Assembly: GCA_964525535.1 (NCBI GenBank)
Contig: CAZGHT010000004.1
Location: 23,902-87,901 of the forward strand
Length of the DNA: 64,000 nucleotides
Direction: 5' to 3'
Origin: an uncultured Rhodothermaceae bacterium
GTDB lineage: Bacteria; Bacteroidota; Rhodothermia; Rhodothermales; JAHQVL01
The position numbers were made by a program, and so were the translations under genes. The notes beneath the pieces are model-generated. The model was not told the DNA's origin, did no database searches, and worked only from the letters and a program-made list of their open reading frames with translations. This document shows positions 54,712-63,080 of this stretch, piece by piece. Numbering within the stretch: the first letter of the stretch is position 1; every line of letters begins with the position of its first letter.

Positions 54712-55614
54712 ATGATTGATATCTGTCTGAAAGAAGGCGCGAGATCCATTCGGAAAAGACCAGGGCTGATTTTCCTTTTGTACGGGGTCAATCTGATGGC
54801 CGCGGTTATAGTCGTACTTCCTCTCTACGGTGTTTTAGTCGAACACATCGGCCTGACCGGGCAGGGATCAGCGTTGATCGAGTCTTTCGATCTCGTTCTA
54901 TGGCGAGAAGTGTTTATGGAGATCGGGCCAGAATTACGTGTCGTAGGGCTTCCTTTTGCGGTCGTAGCACCCCTCTACGTGGTCTGGAAGGCGGCGGCAC
55001 ACGTAGGAGTGATCTATGCGTTACATAATGGCAGGATCTGGCCTTTCTGGCGAGGCGTAGGCTACTACACCGGTCCGTCGTTGCTGGTGAGCCTGGCATA
55101 CCTGCCTCTCAAGTTGATCTGGGTGGCCGGGGTCCTCCTCGTATCCGGGATCCTGGCCAACGTGTGGCGGGGGGCCGTGGGGGGGTTCTGGATATTTGGC
55201 GTTTTCATCCCCTTCTCGGTACTGTGCGGATGGGCGATCCTCGACCTGTTCCAGAGATACAGCAAACTCGCACTGGTAGTCAAGCACGATACCGTATGGA
55301 GATCGTTGAAGACCGGTATGGTTTGGCCGTTCAAATACGGAACTGCAAGCTACCTCTACGTATGCTGGTACGCCATTATACTGGTTATTCTCTTTTTTTC
55401 AGCTTTGCTCCATGGACAACTCCACGTAGGCGTCCAGGCAATCTCTATTGCATTCCTGATACAACAGGTCAGTTTGTTTACGCGGTCGGCAGCATCGGTG
55501 GGGTGGATAGGCAGTGAAGTGTATTTCTTTGAGAGAACCCTGGAGAAAGAATGGCCTCTCATCGCGGATACCGACCAGCAAGAGGAGGGCCGGAGGCAGA
55601 AATCCCTCGCGTAA
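54712..55614 (+). CDS. hypothetical polytopic membrane protein
   Basis: 300-aa ORF with about 6 hydrophobic helices. No family recognised. Its stop codon TAA (55612..55614) is the start of a 10-A run. Confidence 0.6.
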   Translation: MIDICLKEGARSIRKRPGLIFLLYGVNLMAAVIVVLPLYGVLVEHIGLTGQGSALIESFDLVLWREVFMEIGPELRVVGLPFAVVAPLYVVWKAAAHVGVIYALHNGRIWPFWRGVGYYTGPSLLVSLAYLPLKLIWVAGVLLVSGILANVWRGAVGGFWIFGVFIPFSVLCGWAILDLFQRYSKLALVVKHDTVWRSLKTGMVWPFKYGTASYLYVCWYAIILVILFFSALLHGQLHVGVQAISIAFLIQQVSLFTRSAASVGWIGSEVYFFERTLEKEWPLIADTDQQEEGRRQKSLA

Positions 55615-55642
55615 AAAAAAAAGCCGGACATTACGGTGTCCG
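55613..55642 (-). terminator. Rho-independent terminator (minus strand)
   Basis: The minus strand reads GTCGGACA-CCGTAA-TGTCCGGC followed by T10 (complement of A-run 55613..55622). Confidence 0.6.
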
Positions 55643-55700
55643 ACTGGATAGAAACCAGACCTTACGGTGTCTGGCAAGAACTGAACATTACGGTGTTCAG
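55625..55700. repeat. three tandem hairpins with identical loops (TTACGG) and covarying stems
   Basis: CGGACA-TTACGG-TGTCCG (55625..55642), CCAGAC-CTTACGGT-GTCTGG (55655..55674), CTGAACA-TTACGG-TGTTCAG (55681..55700). Conserved core AC(A/C)TTACGGTGT. The outer stems differ but remain complementary. Confidence 0.7.
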
Positions 55701-55754
55701 CGGTAGTGACCTCGTTTGCCTGAGTAGACAAAGGGCGAGGGTTCGCGAATGGGT

Positions 55755-56027
55755 TCAAGCTGATCGCATCATGCTCATTAATTCTTGAACTTCTTCTTTC
55801 TTTGGTATCTTGGTCGATTCAGGACCCAATTCGCGAAACGCATCCATGAAAAAAAGCGCTAGAGCTTCCCGTTCTTCCACATTCGTTGCATACGTATCAA
55901 ATACGGTCATTAGCTGCGTCCACAATGTGTCAGCAATTTTCCCAGTAAGATACAGGGTGAACAAAACACGGAAGGCCGACTTGCTAGAAGGCGAGTGAAC
56001 TCCATTAGTGCGCATTCTTGACCTCAT
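55755..56027 (-). CDS. hypothetical small protein
   Basis: 90-aa ORF (possible shorter start at the internal Met, MTVFDTY...). The C-terminal half looks protein-like (NVEEREALALFFMDAFRELGPES...). No homolog recognised. Confidence 0.35.
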   Translation of the reverse strand: MRSRMRTNGVHSPSSKSAFRVLFTLYLTGKIADTLWTQLMTVFDTYATNVEEREALALFFMDAFRELGPESTKIPKKEEVQELMSMMRSA

Positions 56028-56122
56028 AAAACAATGAAATAATTAAGCAATATTTTCTTCTCTCAATAACAATTATCGGGCCAGAACGAGATCTTTAAAT
56101 AAGAAAAGCTCAAATAAGTCAT

Positions 56123-56222
56123 GGATGTTACACAGGTTGTGCACAGCAATACTATAAAACAGGCGTTGACCGAAGCGAAATGCCTTCGCGGCAGCTCTTT
56201 TGCGCACAGATGCGTAACATCC
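56123..56222. repeat. 100-bp copy (subfamily 2) of the GATGTTACGC-terminated element
   Basis: GGATGTTACACAGGTTGTGCACAGC...TGCGCACAGATGCGTAACATCC. Both arms match the arms of the 27574..27704 copy in inverted order. Different central module (CGAAG-N8-CTTCG). Confidence 0.8.
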
Positions 56223-56232
56223 ATTAGTAAAT

Positions 56233-56330
56233 GATGTTACGCGAACTGTGCACAGCAGCCTGGTTGACGCGGCTTTGCAACCGTGCAAAGCCGCTCGGGT
56301 AGCACGTATGCGCATCCGGCGCGTAACATC
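56233..56330. repeat. 98-bp copy (subfamily 1) of the GATGTTACGC-terminated element
   Basis: GATGTTACGCGAACTGTGCACAGCAGCC...GCGGCTTTGCAACCGTGCAAAGCCGC...GTATGCGCATCCGGCGCGTAACATC. 94/98 identical to the reverse complement of 62178..62275. 11-bp perfect TIRs and an 11-bp central stem. Confidence 0.9.
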
Positions 56331-56454
56331 TGTATTAATGGGGGACTGTGGCCGGCGGCCGATCGTGGAGTTGTCTCATAAGCAATTACGAAAATACCTC
56401 TTTGAGTATCATGCTGTATGAGTTTGCCGAGGGACTGGCCATCATGCCGCCTTT

Positions 56455-57954
56455 TTACGAAAGGACGATCTCCTTTCTCAAGCGCGCCACAGGAATGCCC
56501 AGTTGCTCCCGGTATTTGGTGACTGTTCGTCGTGCTATTTTGAAGCCCTTGCTTTCGAGCATCTGAGCAATCTTCTGATCCGAAAGGGGCTTCCGTTTTT
56601 CTTCGTTTTCGATGATGTTCTCGATAATCGCTTTGACCTCCTTGTTCGATATCTCCTCGCCGCTGTCAGTAGTCAGGCCTTCGGAGAAGAAATACTTCAG
56701 CTCATATACCCCAAACTCGGTCTGAACGTACTTTCCGTTGACGACCCGGCTCACCGTAGAGATGTCCATATGGATTTTCTCGGCAACGTCCTTCAAGATC
56801 ATGGGTTTGAGGTATCCTTCCCCGAATTTGAAGAACTCTTCCTGTATTTCGACAATGGCTTTCATGACTTTCATCATGGTTTGTCGGCGCTGGTTGATCG
56901 AGTTGATAAACCAGCGGGCGGATTCCAGCTTGCCGCGAAGAAACTGGCGGGTCTCCGAGTCGAACGAGTTATTCTGGTTTTGATTGTTTCTCTTGCGATC
57001 CGCCGAGATCTGATGAAGCATCTGCCTGTACTGCCGGGAGATACGCAGCTGTGGGGTATTGCCGTTATTCAATGAGATATAAAAATCTCCATCCTCGTAT
57101 ATAACGGTAAAATCGGGGGTGATATAGTTCTGGGCAGCCGTAAATTCCCCTTCGCCCGGTTTGGGGTTGAGACGCTGTATGAGGTCGAAGGCTTCTTTTA
57201 ATGCATTGCTGGTTACATCCAGCTTCTTCTTGATCGCTTCGAAGTGTTTCATCGTAAAGGCTTTGTAAGCCTTCTCCAGCATCTGAATGGCGACAGAGAG
57301 CCCAGGCACTTCATCGGGCATGCTATACAACTGGACGAGCAAACATTCGCGCAAATCTCGAGAACCGATGCCGACCGGATCTAATTGCTGGATGCCTTTC
57401 AGGACGCGCTCCACATCTTCGTCGGTCAGCATGATCCCATGATTGAACATGATATCGTCTATGATGGACTCGAGGGGGCGTCTGAGATAGCCGTCTTCGT
57501 CGATGGATCCGATAATTTGGTCGGCGATGAGCTCTTCGGTTTCGTTCAGGGGGAGAAACGATAACTGATCGGAGAGATGTTCTGCCATCGAGACGCGGGC
57601 CGGCATGGGTATTTCGCGATCGTCCTCGTCGTCGCTATGGTCGACCCGGGCTTTGTAGCCATAGAGGTCCTCAGAGGCGTTGATGAATTCTTCCCAGTCG
57701 TATTCGTCGTCCTTTTGATCCGTCTCTTCCTGCGTCTCGTTGGCAGGCTGCTCTTCGATGGGTGTCTCGTCCGAGTCAGCCTCTTTAATTTCTTCCTCTT
57801 CTTCAATTCCTTCCTCTAGCAACGGATTGGATTCAAGCTCTGCTTTGATGCGCTGCTCTAAAGCGAGCGTAGGCAACTGTAGCAGCTTGATGTATTGTAT
57901 CTGCTGAGGCGAAAGTTTTTGTTGAAGCGATTGCTTTTGGTGCAGATTTAGCAT
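56455..57954 (-). CDS. rpoN: RNA polymerase sigma-54 factor
   Basis: Gln/Leu-rich region I (LQQKLSPQQIQYIKLLQL), acidic region II, C-terminal HTH and RpoN box (ARRTVTKYRE). Confidence 0.95.
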   Translation of the reverse strand: MLNLHQKQSLQQKLSPQQIQYIKLLQLPTLALEQRIKAELESNPLLEEGIEEEEEIKEADSDETPIEEQPANETQEETDQKDDEYDWEEFINASEDLYGYKARVDHSDDEDDREIPMPARVSMAEHLSDQLSFLPLNETEELIADQIIGSIDEDGYLRRPLESIIDDIMFNHGIMLTDEDVERVLKGIQQLDPVGIGSRDLRECLLVQLYSMPDEVPGLSVAIQMLEKAYKAFTMKHFEAIKKKLDVTSNALKEAFDLIQRLNPKPGEGEFTAAQNYITPDFTVIYEDGDFYISLNNGNTPQLRISRQYRQMLHQISADRKRNNQNQNNSFDSETRQFLRGKLESARWFINSINQRRQTMMKVMKAIVEIQEEFFKFGEGYLKPMILKDVAEKIHMDISTVSRVVNGKYVQTEFGVYELKYFFSEGLTTDSGEEISNKEVKAIIENIIENEEKRKPLSDQKIAQMLESKGFKIARRTVTKYREQLGIPVARLRKEIVLS

Positions 57955-57962
57955 CGTGATTT

Positions 57963-58568
57963 CTAGTTTTCTTCTATCTCTTGATTTCGATCGAGCCCCA
58001 GCGCCTCTCGGCGTTCGCGTAGAGCTGATCGAAACGCTTCATACCACGCTTCGCCATACTTCCGCACTAGCGGTTCGCGAAGGAAATCGGCTAATAATAT
58101 GTGGTTTTTGCATCCTGAGTGGATGGCCGGGATGCAGAGTGAGATTTGCTCGTAATTCAACGCTTCGACATTCCCAAATCGTTCCACGCGCAAAGGATAC
58201 AGATGGCACGAAATAGGCTTTCTAAAGGAAGTCCTCCCTTCCAGGTACGCCTTTTCGACCGCACACTTCGCTATCGGACCCTCATAGGTCACAAACACAC
58301 ATTCGGCGTTATCTAAACACGTTGTATTATATTGTTCAGGCTCTGTTTCTTCCCACACTCCCTGTGTTTCGATCGCTTCGAGGGCTTCTTTCCGAAGGTA
58401 TTTTCGTACTCGGGGAAAAATCTCTTCGAGTTGAACACGTTCGTCGGGTTCCAGCGGTGCACCAGTATCCCCCTGGACGCAACAACCACCTAAACAAGCA
58501 CCTAAATTGCAGGCAAAATGGGCTTCGAGCAACTCATCTGTAACTAATATATCATCTACAGCAAACAT
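57963..58568 (-). CDS. DUF3109-family Cys-rich protein
   Basis: FACNLGACLGGCCVQGDTGAPL and later conserved cysteines (CVFV, KCAVEKA, SCHLYPLR) match the DUF3109 pattern seen in Bacteroidota. Confidence 0.7.
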   Translation of the reverse strand: MFAVDDILVTDELLEAHFACNLGACLGGCCVQGDTGAPLEPDERVQLEEIFPRVRKYLRKEALEAIETQGVWEETEPEQYNTTCLDNAECVFVTYEGPIAKCAVEKAYLEGRTSFRKPISCHLYPLRVERFGNVEALNYEQISLCIPAIHSGCKNHILLADFLREPLVRKYGEAWYEAFRSALRERREALGLDRNQEIEEN

Positions 58569-58968
58569 AATGCCTTTGTATTGTGTCTTAAATAAAAATT
58601 ACCAATCGGCTCTTCGACGGTGTCTATCGCAATGAGCCTTCGGAGTTCCCGGTAGGGTAGCCGGATGACATGCGGAAGTGCTGAGAGAACGCGTACGAAA
58701 TGAACCACTCCGTCCCTAATCGTAATACACAGGAATATTGTAAATATGTATTCTTTGTAAGACACAGGGGCGCGAGAAGGTAGTCAACGCGTCTTCGTTG
58801 CATCAGCGATTTTTTTCCGCGGCATGAGGCAATACGTTCTCCGGTACCCCGGTTTTTCGAAAAGGAATACGGCATTTTTTTCGATATGTATAAAACATGT
58901 CTTGCGTTTAGGGCGTAGAGTTTCTGGTATGGATCTGAACCGCCGCTGGACAAGGTTGAGTATGCTTT

Positions 58969-59976
58969 ATGAGTCGACGAACGCTTGATTCGAAGGAAGA
59001 TGACCTCGAAAAATTGCTGCGCCCCAACAGGTTAGCCGATTTTGTAGGTCAACAGAAGATAAAGGACAACCTGCATGTCTTCATGACTGCCGCGCTGCAG
59101 CGAAGTGAAGCCCTCGATCATGTGTTGCTTTCCGGGCCTCCAGGGCTCGGTAAAACCACACTGGCTTATATCATTGCAGAGGAGATGGGGTGCGGCATCA
59201 AGACCACCAGCGGGCCCGTGCTGGATAAACCCGCCAGCATTGCCGGCATATTGACCAATCTCAACGATGGAGACGTGCTCTTCATCGATGAAATTCACCG
59301 TCTCAGCCCCGTCGTGGAAGAATATCTCTACTCGGCCATGGAAGACTACAAGATCGATATCGTTATCGATTCTGGTCCTAATGCGCGCAGCGTACAGATT
59401 TTGTTGCCCCCATTTACCCTTATCGGAGCCACTACCCGAAAAGGGTTGCTTACGGCGCCGCTGAGGGCGAGGTTCGGGATTGATTTTCGGTACGACTACT
59501 ACACGGCAGATCTGTTGACCAAAATCGTGTTTCGATCGGCCGGCATACTCGGCGTAGACATCGAGGAAAATGGGGCCTTCGAGATCGCCAGGCGAAGCCG
59601 CGGTACCCCCCGCATCGCCAATAAGCTGCTTCGGCGGACGCGAGACTTTGCGGAGGTCAAAGGCGATGGGCGCATCACGCTGGATATCGCCGACTTTGCG
59701 CTCAATGCACAGGATGTCGACAGTGAGGGACTCGACGAGATGGATAAACGGATTCTGCTCACGATAATCGAAAAATTCGGGGGCGGGCCGACGGGACTTT
59801 CCAACCTGGCTGTTTCTGTAGGAGAAGATGCCGGCACCATCGAGGAGGTGTATGAGCCGTATCTGATCCAGGAGGGTTTTCTGGAGCGAACACCGAGAGG
59901 TCGCCTCGTTACCCAGCGAGGGTACCAGCACTTTGGAAGAATACACCCCGGACGCTCCCAGGATCTATTCGATTAG
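58969..59976 (+). CDS. ruvB: Holliday junction branch-migration helicase RuvB
   Basis: LRP..L.DFVGQ, Walker [10 protein letters not shown], Walker [26 protein letters not shown]. Confidence 0.97.
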   Translation: MSRRTLDSKEDDLEKLLRPNRLADFVGQQKIKDNLHVFMTAALQRSEALDHVLLSGPPGLGKTTLAYIIAEEMGCGIKTTSGPVLDKPASIAGILTNLNDGDVLFIDEIHRLSPVVEEYLYSAMEDYKIDIVIDSGPNARSVQILLPPFTLIGATTRKGLLTAPLRARFGIDFRYDYYTADLLTKIVFRSAGILGVDIEENGAFEIARRSRGTPRIANKLLRRTRDFAEVKGDGRITLDIADFALNAQDVDSEGLDEMDKRILLTIIEKFGGGPTGLSNLAVSVGEDAGTIEEVYEPYLIQEGFLERTPRGRLVTQRGYQHFGRIHPGRSQDLFD

Positions 59977-60181
59977 GCTCTGATCATACGATCAGAGTTC
60001 GCGCAACCGGTACGTGGCGCTCAACGGAGATCATCGCCGCTCGATTCGCGCCTTGTGTTTCTGACCTGTACGGCAGGGTACGCACCGGCTCAAAAAATTT
60101 TGATTTACGTGGGAGCAATGCGTTATCTTCCTGTGATTTTAGAGGAACTTGAAGAATTGTACTATAAAGGAGGTATCCTAC

Positions 60182-60529
60182 ATGCCTTATGTTGTCACCG
60201 AATCGTGCATAAACTGTAAACACACGGACTGTGTAGAGGTATGTCCGGTGGATTGTTTTTACGAAGGGCCTAACTTCCTTGTGATTCATCCTGACGAATG
60301 TATCGATTGTAATGCATGCGTCCCCGTGTGTCCTGTCGAAGCGATTTATGCAGATGACGAATTGCCTGAGCATCTCAGCCATTATGCCCAGTGGAATGAA
60401 CATCTCGCTAATAAATGGCAGGAACTGGACAAAAATATAACCGAAAAAATGGATCCTCTCCCGGATGCGGAAGAATGGGCCGACAGAGATAAGTCGGAAG
60501 AGGATATCCTGGACTGGGATACAGAGTAA
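60182..60529 (+). CDS. fdxA: ferredoxin, 7Fe (3Fe-4S + 4Fe-4S) FdxA type
   Basis: [26 protein letters not shown] ... [19 protein letters not shown] at 60182 is preceded by AAGGAGG. Confidence 0.9.
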   Translation: MPYVVTESCINCKHTDCVEVCPVDCFYEGPNFLVIHPDECIDCNACVPVCPVEAIYADDELPEHLSHYAQWNEHLANKWQELDKNITEKMDPLPDAEEWADRDKSEEDILDWDTE

Positions 60530-60597
60530 TAGCACATTTCGAAACGTGCTATTTCAGGGCATTCTACCCGATGCGAGTGGTTCAACCGGTAATACGT

Positions 60598-60629
60598 ACA
60601 ACAGCGCCGCATTCGTGCGGCGCTGTTGT
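60598..60629. terminator. 14-bp perfect stem with TTCG loop between convergent fdxA and ahcY (terminator-like; no U-tract)
   Basis: ACAACAGCGCCGCA-TTCG-TGCGGCGCTGTTGT. Confidence 0.45.
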
Positions 60630-60684
60630 CAGATCGGAGCTTCTCTGTCCGGAAGACAGGATAGGAGATCGTGAGGTGCGGTGA

Positions 60685-61962
60685 TCAAGTGCCGGCAGAA
60701 TAATCTGTGGCATAGGTCGTTTGATCGTCCGTAAGTGCATCGATCTCGATGCCCATCGTACGGAGTTTAAGTTGAGCAATTTCCTGATCCAGGGATACGG
60801 GTAAGTCGTACACGGCAGGGCTCAATGTGTCGCCGTTTTTGTGAGATTCTGCAAGAGACAGATGAGCCATGAACTGGTTTGCAAAGCTCATGTCCATCAC
60901 TTCTGAAGGATGGCCCTCGGCAGCAGCCAGGTTGACGAGCCTTCCATCTGCAAGGACGAAAATTTTCCGCCCCGATTCGAGTGTGTACTCCCGGTTGTTT
61001 GCGCGGATCATACGGGCGTCGTTGGACAATTCTGCGAGTTCCTTCAAGTTCAGTTCGACATCGTAGTGCCCTGTATTACATACGATTGCGCCGTCTTTCA
61101 TGCGGGCAAAGTGGCGGCCTCGGATCACATTCTTCATCCCGGTAGCGGTAACGAAGATGTCTCCGATTTCGGCAGCCTCATCCATGGGCAGCACTCTGTG
61201 GCCTTCGAGGGTGGCCTTAAGGGCATTGGTGGGGCGTACTTCCGTGATGATGACATTGGCGCCTAGCCCTTTGGCTCGCATTGCCACCCCTCGGCCGCAA
61301 TGCCCATACCCGGCTACGACGAAGTTCTTGCCGGCAACAAGTACGCTCGAGGCGCGCAATATGCCATCGATGGTGCTCTGGCCGGTTCCGTACACATTAT
61401 CGAAGTCCCATTTTGTCTCCGCATCGTTGACGGCGTAGATGGGATAGAGCAGTTTGCCGTCATCTGCCATGGCGCGGAGCCGGTGCACACCCGTTGTCGT
61501 TTCTTCGCTGCCTCCTATAATATCGTTGGCCTTTTCCGGGAAACGGTGGTGTACCGTGAAGATCAAGTCGGCGCCGTCATCAAGGGTTAACTGAGGCGTT
61601 TTGTCTATTGTGCGGTCGATGCACCAGTAAAATTCGTCGGTGGACATACCATGCCAGGCGTATATTTCGATGCCTGCTTTGGCCAGGGCAGCTGCCACTT
61701 CATCGTTCGTGCTCAGGGGATTGCATCCACTCCAGGAAACTTCCGCACCGCAGGCGGCAAGCGTCTCACAAAGTACAGCCGTTTCTTTCGTGACATGCAG
61801 ACAGCCGGCGATTTTGTAGCCCGTGAACGGTTTGGTTGCTGCGTACTTTTCTCTAAGGCTCATGAGAACGGGCATTCTGCTCTCGGCCCACTCTACTCTG
61901 AGCCGTCCGGCATCGGCCATACCCAAGTCTTTTACTTTGTAAGCGCCTTCTTTGTAGTCCAT
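60685..61962 (-). CDS. ahcY: adenosylhomocysteinase
   Basis: 425 aa, colinear with AhcY. NAD-binding VAGYGHCGRGVA; conserved DDGAD, EETTTGV, NLAAAEGHP. Confidence 0.97.
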   Translation of the reverse strand: MDYKEGAYKVKDLGMADAGRLRVEWAESRMPVLMSLREKYAATKPFTGYKIAGCLHVTKETAVLCETLAACGAEVSWSGCNPLSTNDEVAAALAKAGIEIYAWHGMSTDEFYWCIDRTIDKTPQLTLDDGADLIFTVHHRFPEKANDIIGGSEETTTGVHRLRAMADDGKLLYPIYAVNDAETKWDFDNVYGTGQSTIDGILRASSVLVAGKNFVVAGYGHCGRGVAMRAKGLGANVIITEVRPTNALKATLEGHRVLPMDEAAEIGDIFVTATGMKNVIRGRHFARMKDGAIVCNTGHYDVELNLKELAELSNDARMIRANNREYTLESGRKIFVLADGRLVNLAAAEGHPSEVMDMSFANQFMAHLSLAESHKNGDTLSPAVYDLPVSLDQEIAQLKLRTMGIEIDALTDDQTTYATDYSAGT

Positions 61963-62177
61963 ACGTTAATAAATCGGTTAGATTGAGGTGATCCAGTGTA
62001 AACGTACCGGGGAAAGCAAGGGCGGTTGTTGCCAGTCCAACTGGCAGATTGATGCTATCGAACTCGACATTGAATTCGACATGGTAGATCAGAGGCCGTT
62101 TACTTTCCAAGTCGTTCATTCTATACAACTGCGACCACCTGTAGTTGCCAAAGAATGAAAATTCACTTCATTTTACA

Positions 62178-62275
62178 GATGTTACGCGCCGGATGCGCAT
62201 ACGTGCTGCCAGAGCGGCTTTGCACGGTTGCAAAGCCGCGTAAACCAGGCTGCTGCGCACAGTTCGCGTAACATC
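62178..62275. repeat. 98-bp copy (subfamily 1) of the GATGTTACGC-terminated element
   Basis: GATGTTACGCGCCGGATGCGCATACGTGCTGCCAGAGCGGCTTTGCACGGTTGCAAAGCCGCGTAAACCAGGCTGCTGCGCACAGTTCGCGTAACATC. Flanked by CATTTTA on both sides (62169..62175 and 62278..62284). Confidence 0.9.
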
Positions 62276-62537
62276 ACCATTTTAGAAGGCTGTTGATACA
62301 TTCCGTATCTCATCGTTGCGCGCCGCATTCACACTTCGACGCGACGCCTCGATCTACGAAATGTCTCCGTCGGCCTTTGCCGAGACTCTTTTAACAGCCT
62401 TTTCGTGGTTGTGCGTCTGGGTGACCCAGCCTATCTTCAAGGAAGACGGCCGTGCGGTAGTATGGATCAGTCGCAACTGGCCTGGCTAGGATTCGTATGT
62501 TATCTCGACCCCAGTCATTAGTTTTTAGGTGAAACCC

Positions 62538-62921
62538 ATGTTCGGTCCATATCTCTGGATCCTGATTCCACTGTTGATTCCCATATTTGGTATCATTGCC
62601 GGTGCATTCACGGAGTGGCTCAAGTTCAAGGAAAAACAAAACCAGCTGGGTACTTCAACCAGTAAGCTCGAAGGCGAAGTGAAAAAATTGTTGAAGGCCG
62701 TAGAACAATCTGAAGCCCGGCAGACCGCTCTCGTCGAACGCATTCAAAATTTGGAAACGATTGTGACCAGCGCGGAATGGGATGCTCTTGAAGTGCACCC
62801 CAAAACGAGGGGTATTTTGGATGACGGTCCGGATAACGCACATGAAACTCTTAACCTCCTCGACGATAAGCGTGATAAGGTAAATGAGGTAGCAAATATT
62901 GCGCGCCGATTACCCGTATAG
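62538..62921 (+). CDS. small membrane-anchored coiled-coil protein (PspB-like C-terminal motif)
   Basis: ATG at 62538 is preceded by AGGTGA. One N-terminal TM helix, then a helical region with ERIQNLETIVTSAEWD reminiscent of PspB. Weak assignment. Confidence 0.45.
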   Translation: MFGPYLWILIPLLIPIFGIIAGAFTEWLKFKEKQNQLGTSTSKLEGEVKKLLKAVEQSEARQTALVERIQNLETIVTSAEWDALEVHPKTRGILDDGPDNAHETLNLLDDKRDKVNEVANIARRLPV

Positions 62922-62946
62922 AAGGTTCGCCGCGTCTTTGTTCGCT

Positions 62947-62962
62947 TCCGGCGCGTAACATC
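62947..62962. repeat. end fragment of a subfamily-1 element
   Basis: TCCGGCGCGTAACATC followed by TGTA is identical to the right end of the 56233..56330 copy. The rest of the element is absent or unrecognisable. Confidence 0.5.
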
Positions 62963-62975
62963 TGTAAGGAAGTAA

Positions 62976-63070
62976 GATCGCGCCAACTGTTCACAACAGG
63001 GGGGGAATGCGGCTTTACTTTCCTGCAAAGCCGCTCTTTCAGGACCTATGCGCACCCGGTGCGTGACAAC
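62976..63070. repeat. degenerate 95-bp subfamily-1 element
   Basis: GATCGCGCCAACTGTTCACAACAGG...GCGGCTTTAC-N-TGCAAAGCCGC...CTATGCGCACCCGGTGCGTGACAAC. Colinear with 56233..56330 but with indels and substitutions. Ends 10 nt before the ndh start. Confidence 0.6.
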
Positions 63071-63080
63071 TGTAAATATC

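Noticed and set aside
55625-55700. Could the three hairpin repeats be a tiny CRISPR array?
   Set aside because: The units are about 18-20 nt with 5-12 nt spacers, the repeats are not identical, and no cas genes are present. The array is better explained as structured hairpins.
56073-56315. 80-codon minus-strand ORF. Analogous ORFs occur at 52435..52776, 27432..27672 and 62744..63184.
   Set aside because: These ORFs are read straight through the palindromic repeat elements, so their sequence is explained by the repeats and not by coding constraint.
59978-59997. CTCTGATC-ATAC-GATCAGAG hairpin right after the ruvB stop
   Set aside because: It is terminator-like in position but has no U-tract. 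Noted only.
61963-62177. Possible SAH riboswitch in the ahcY leader
   Set aside because: The minus-strand leader lacks the conserved SAH-riboswitch pseudoknot sequence. Only a short TGCCAGT-N4-ACTGGCA hairpin is present.
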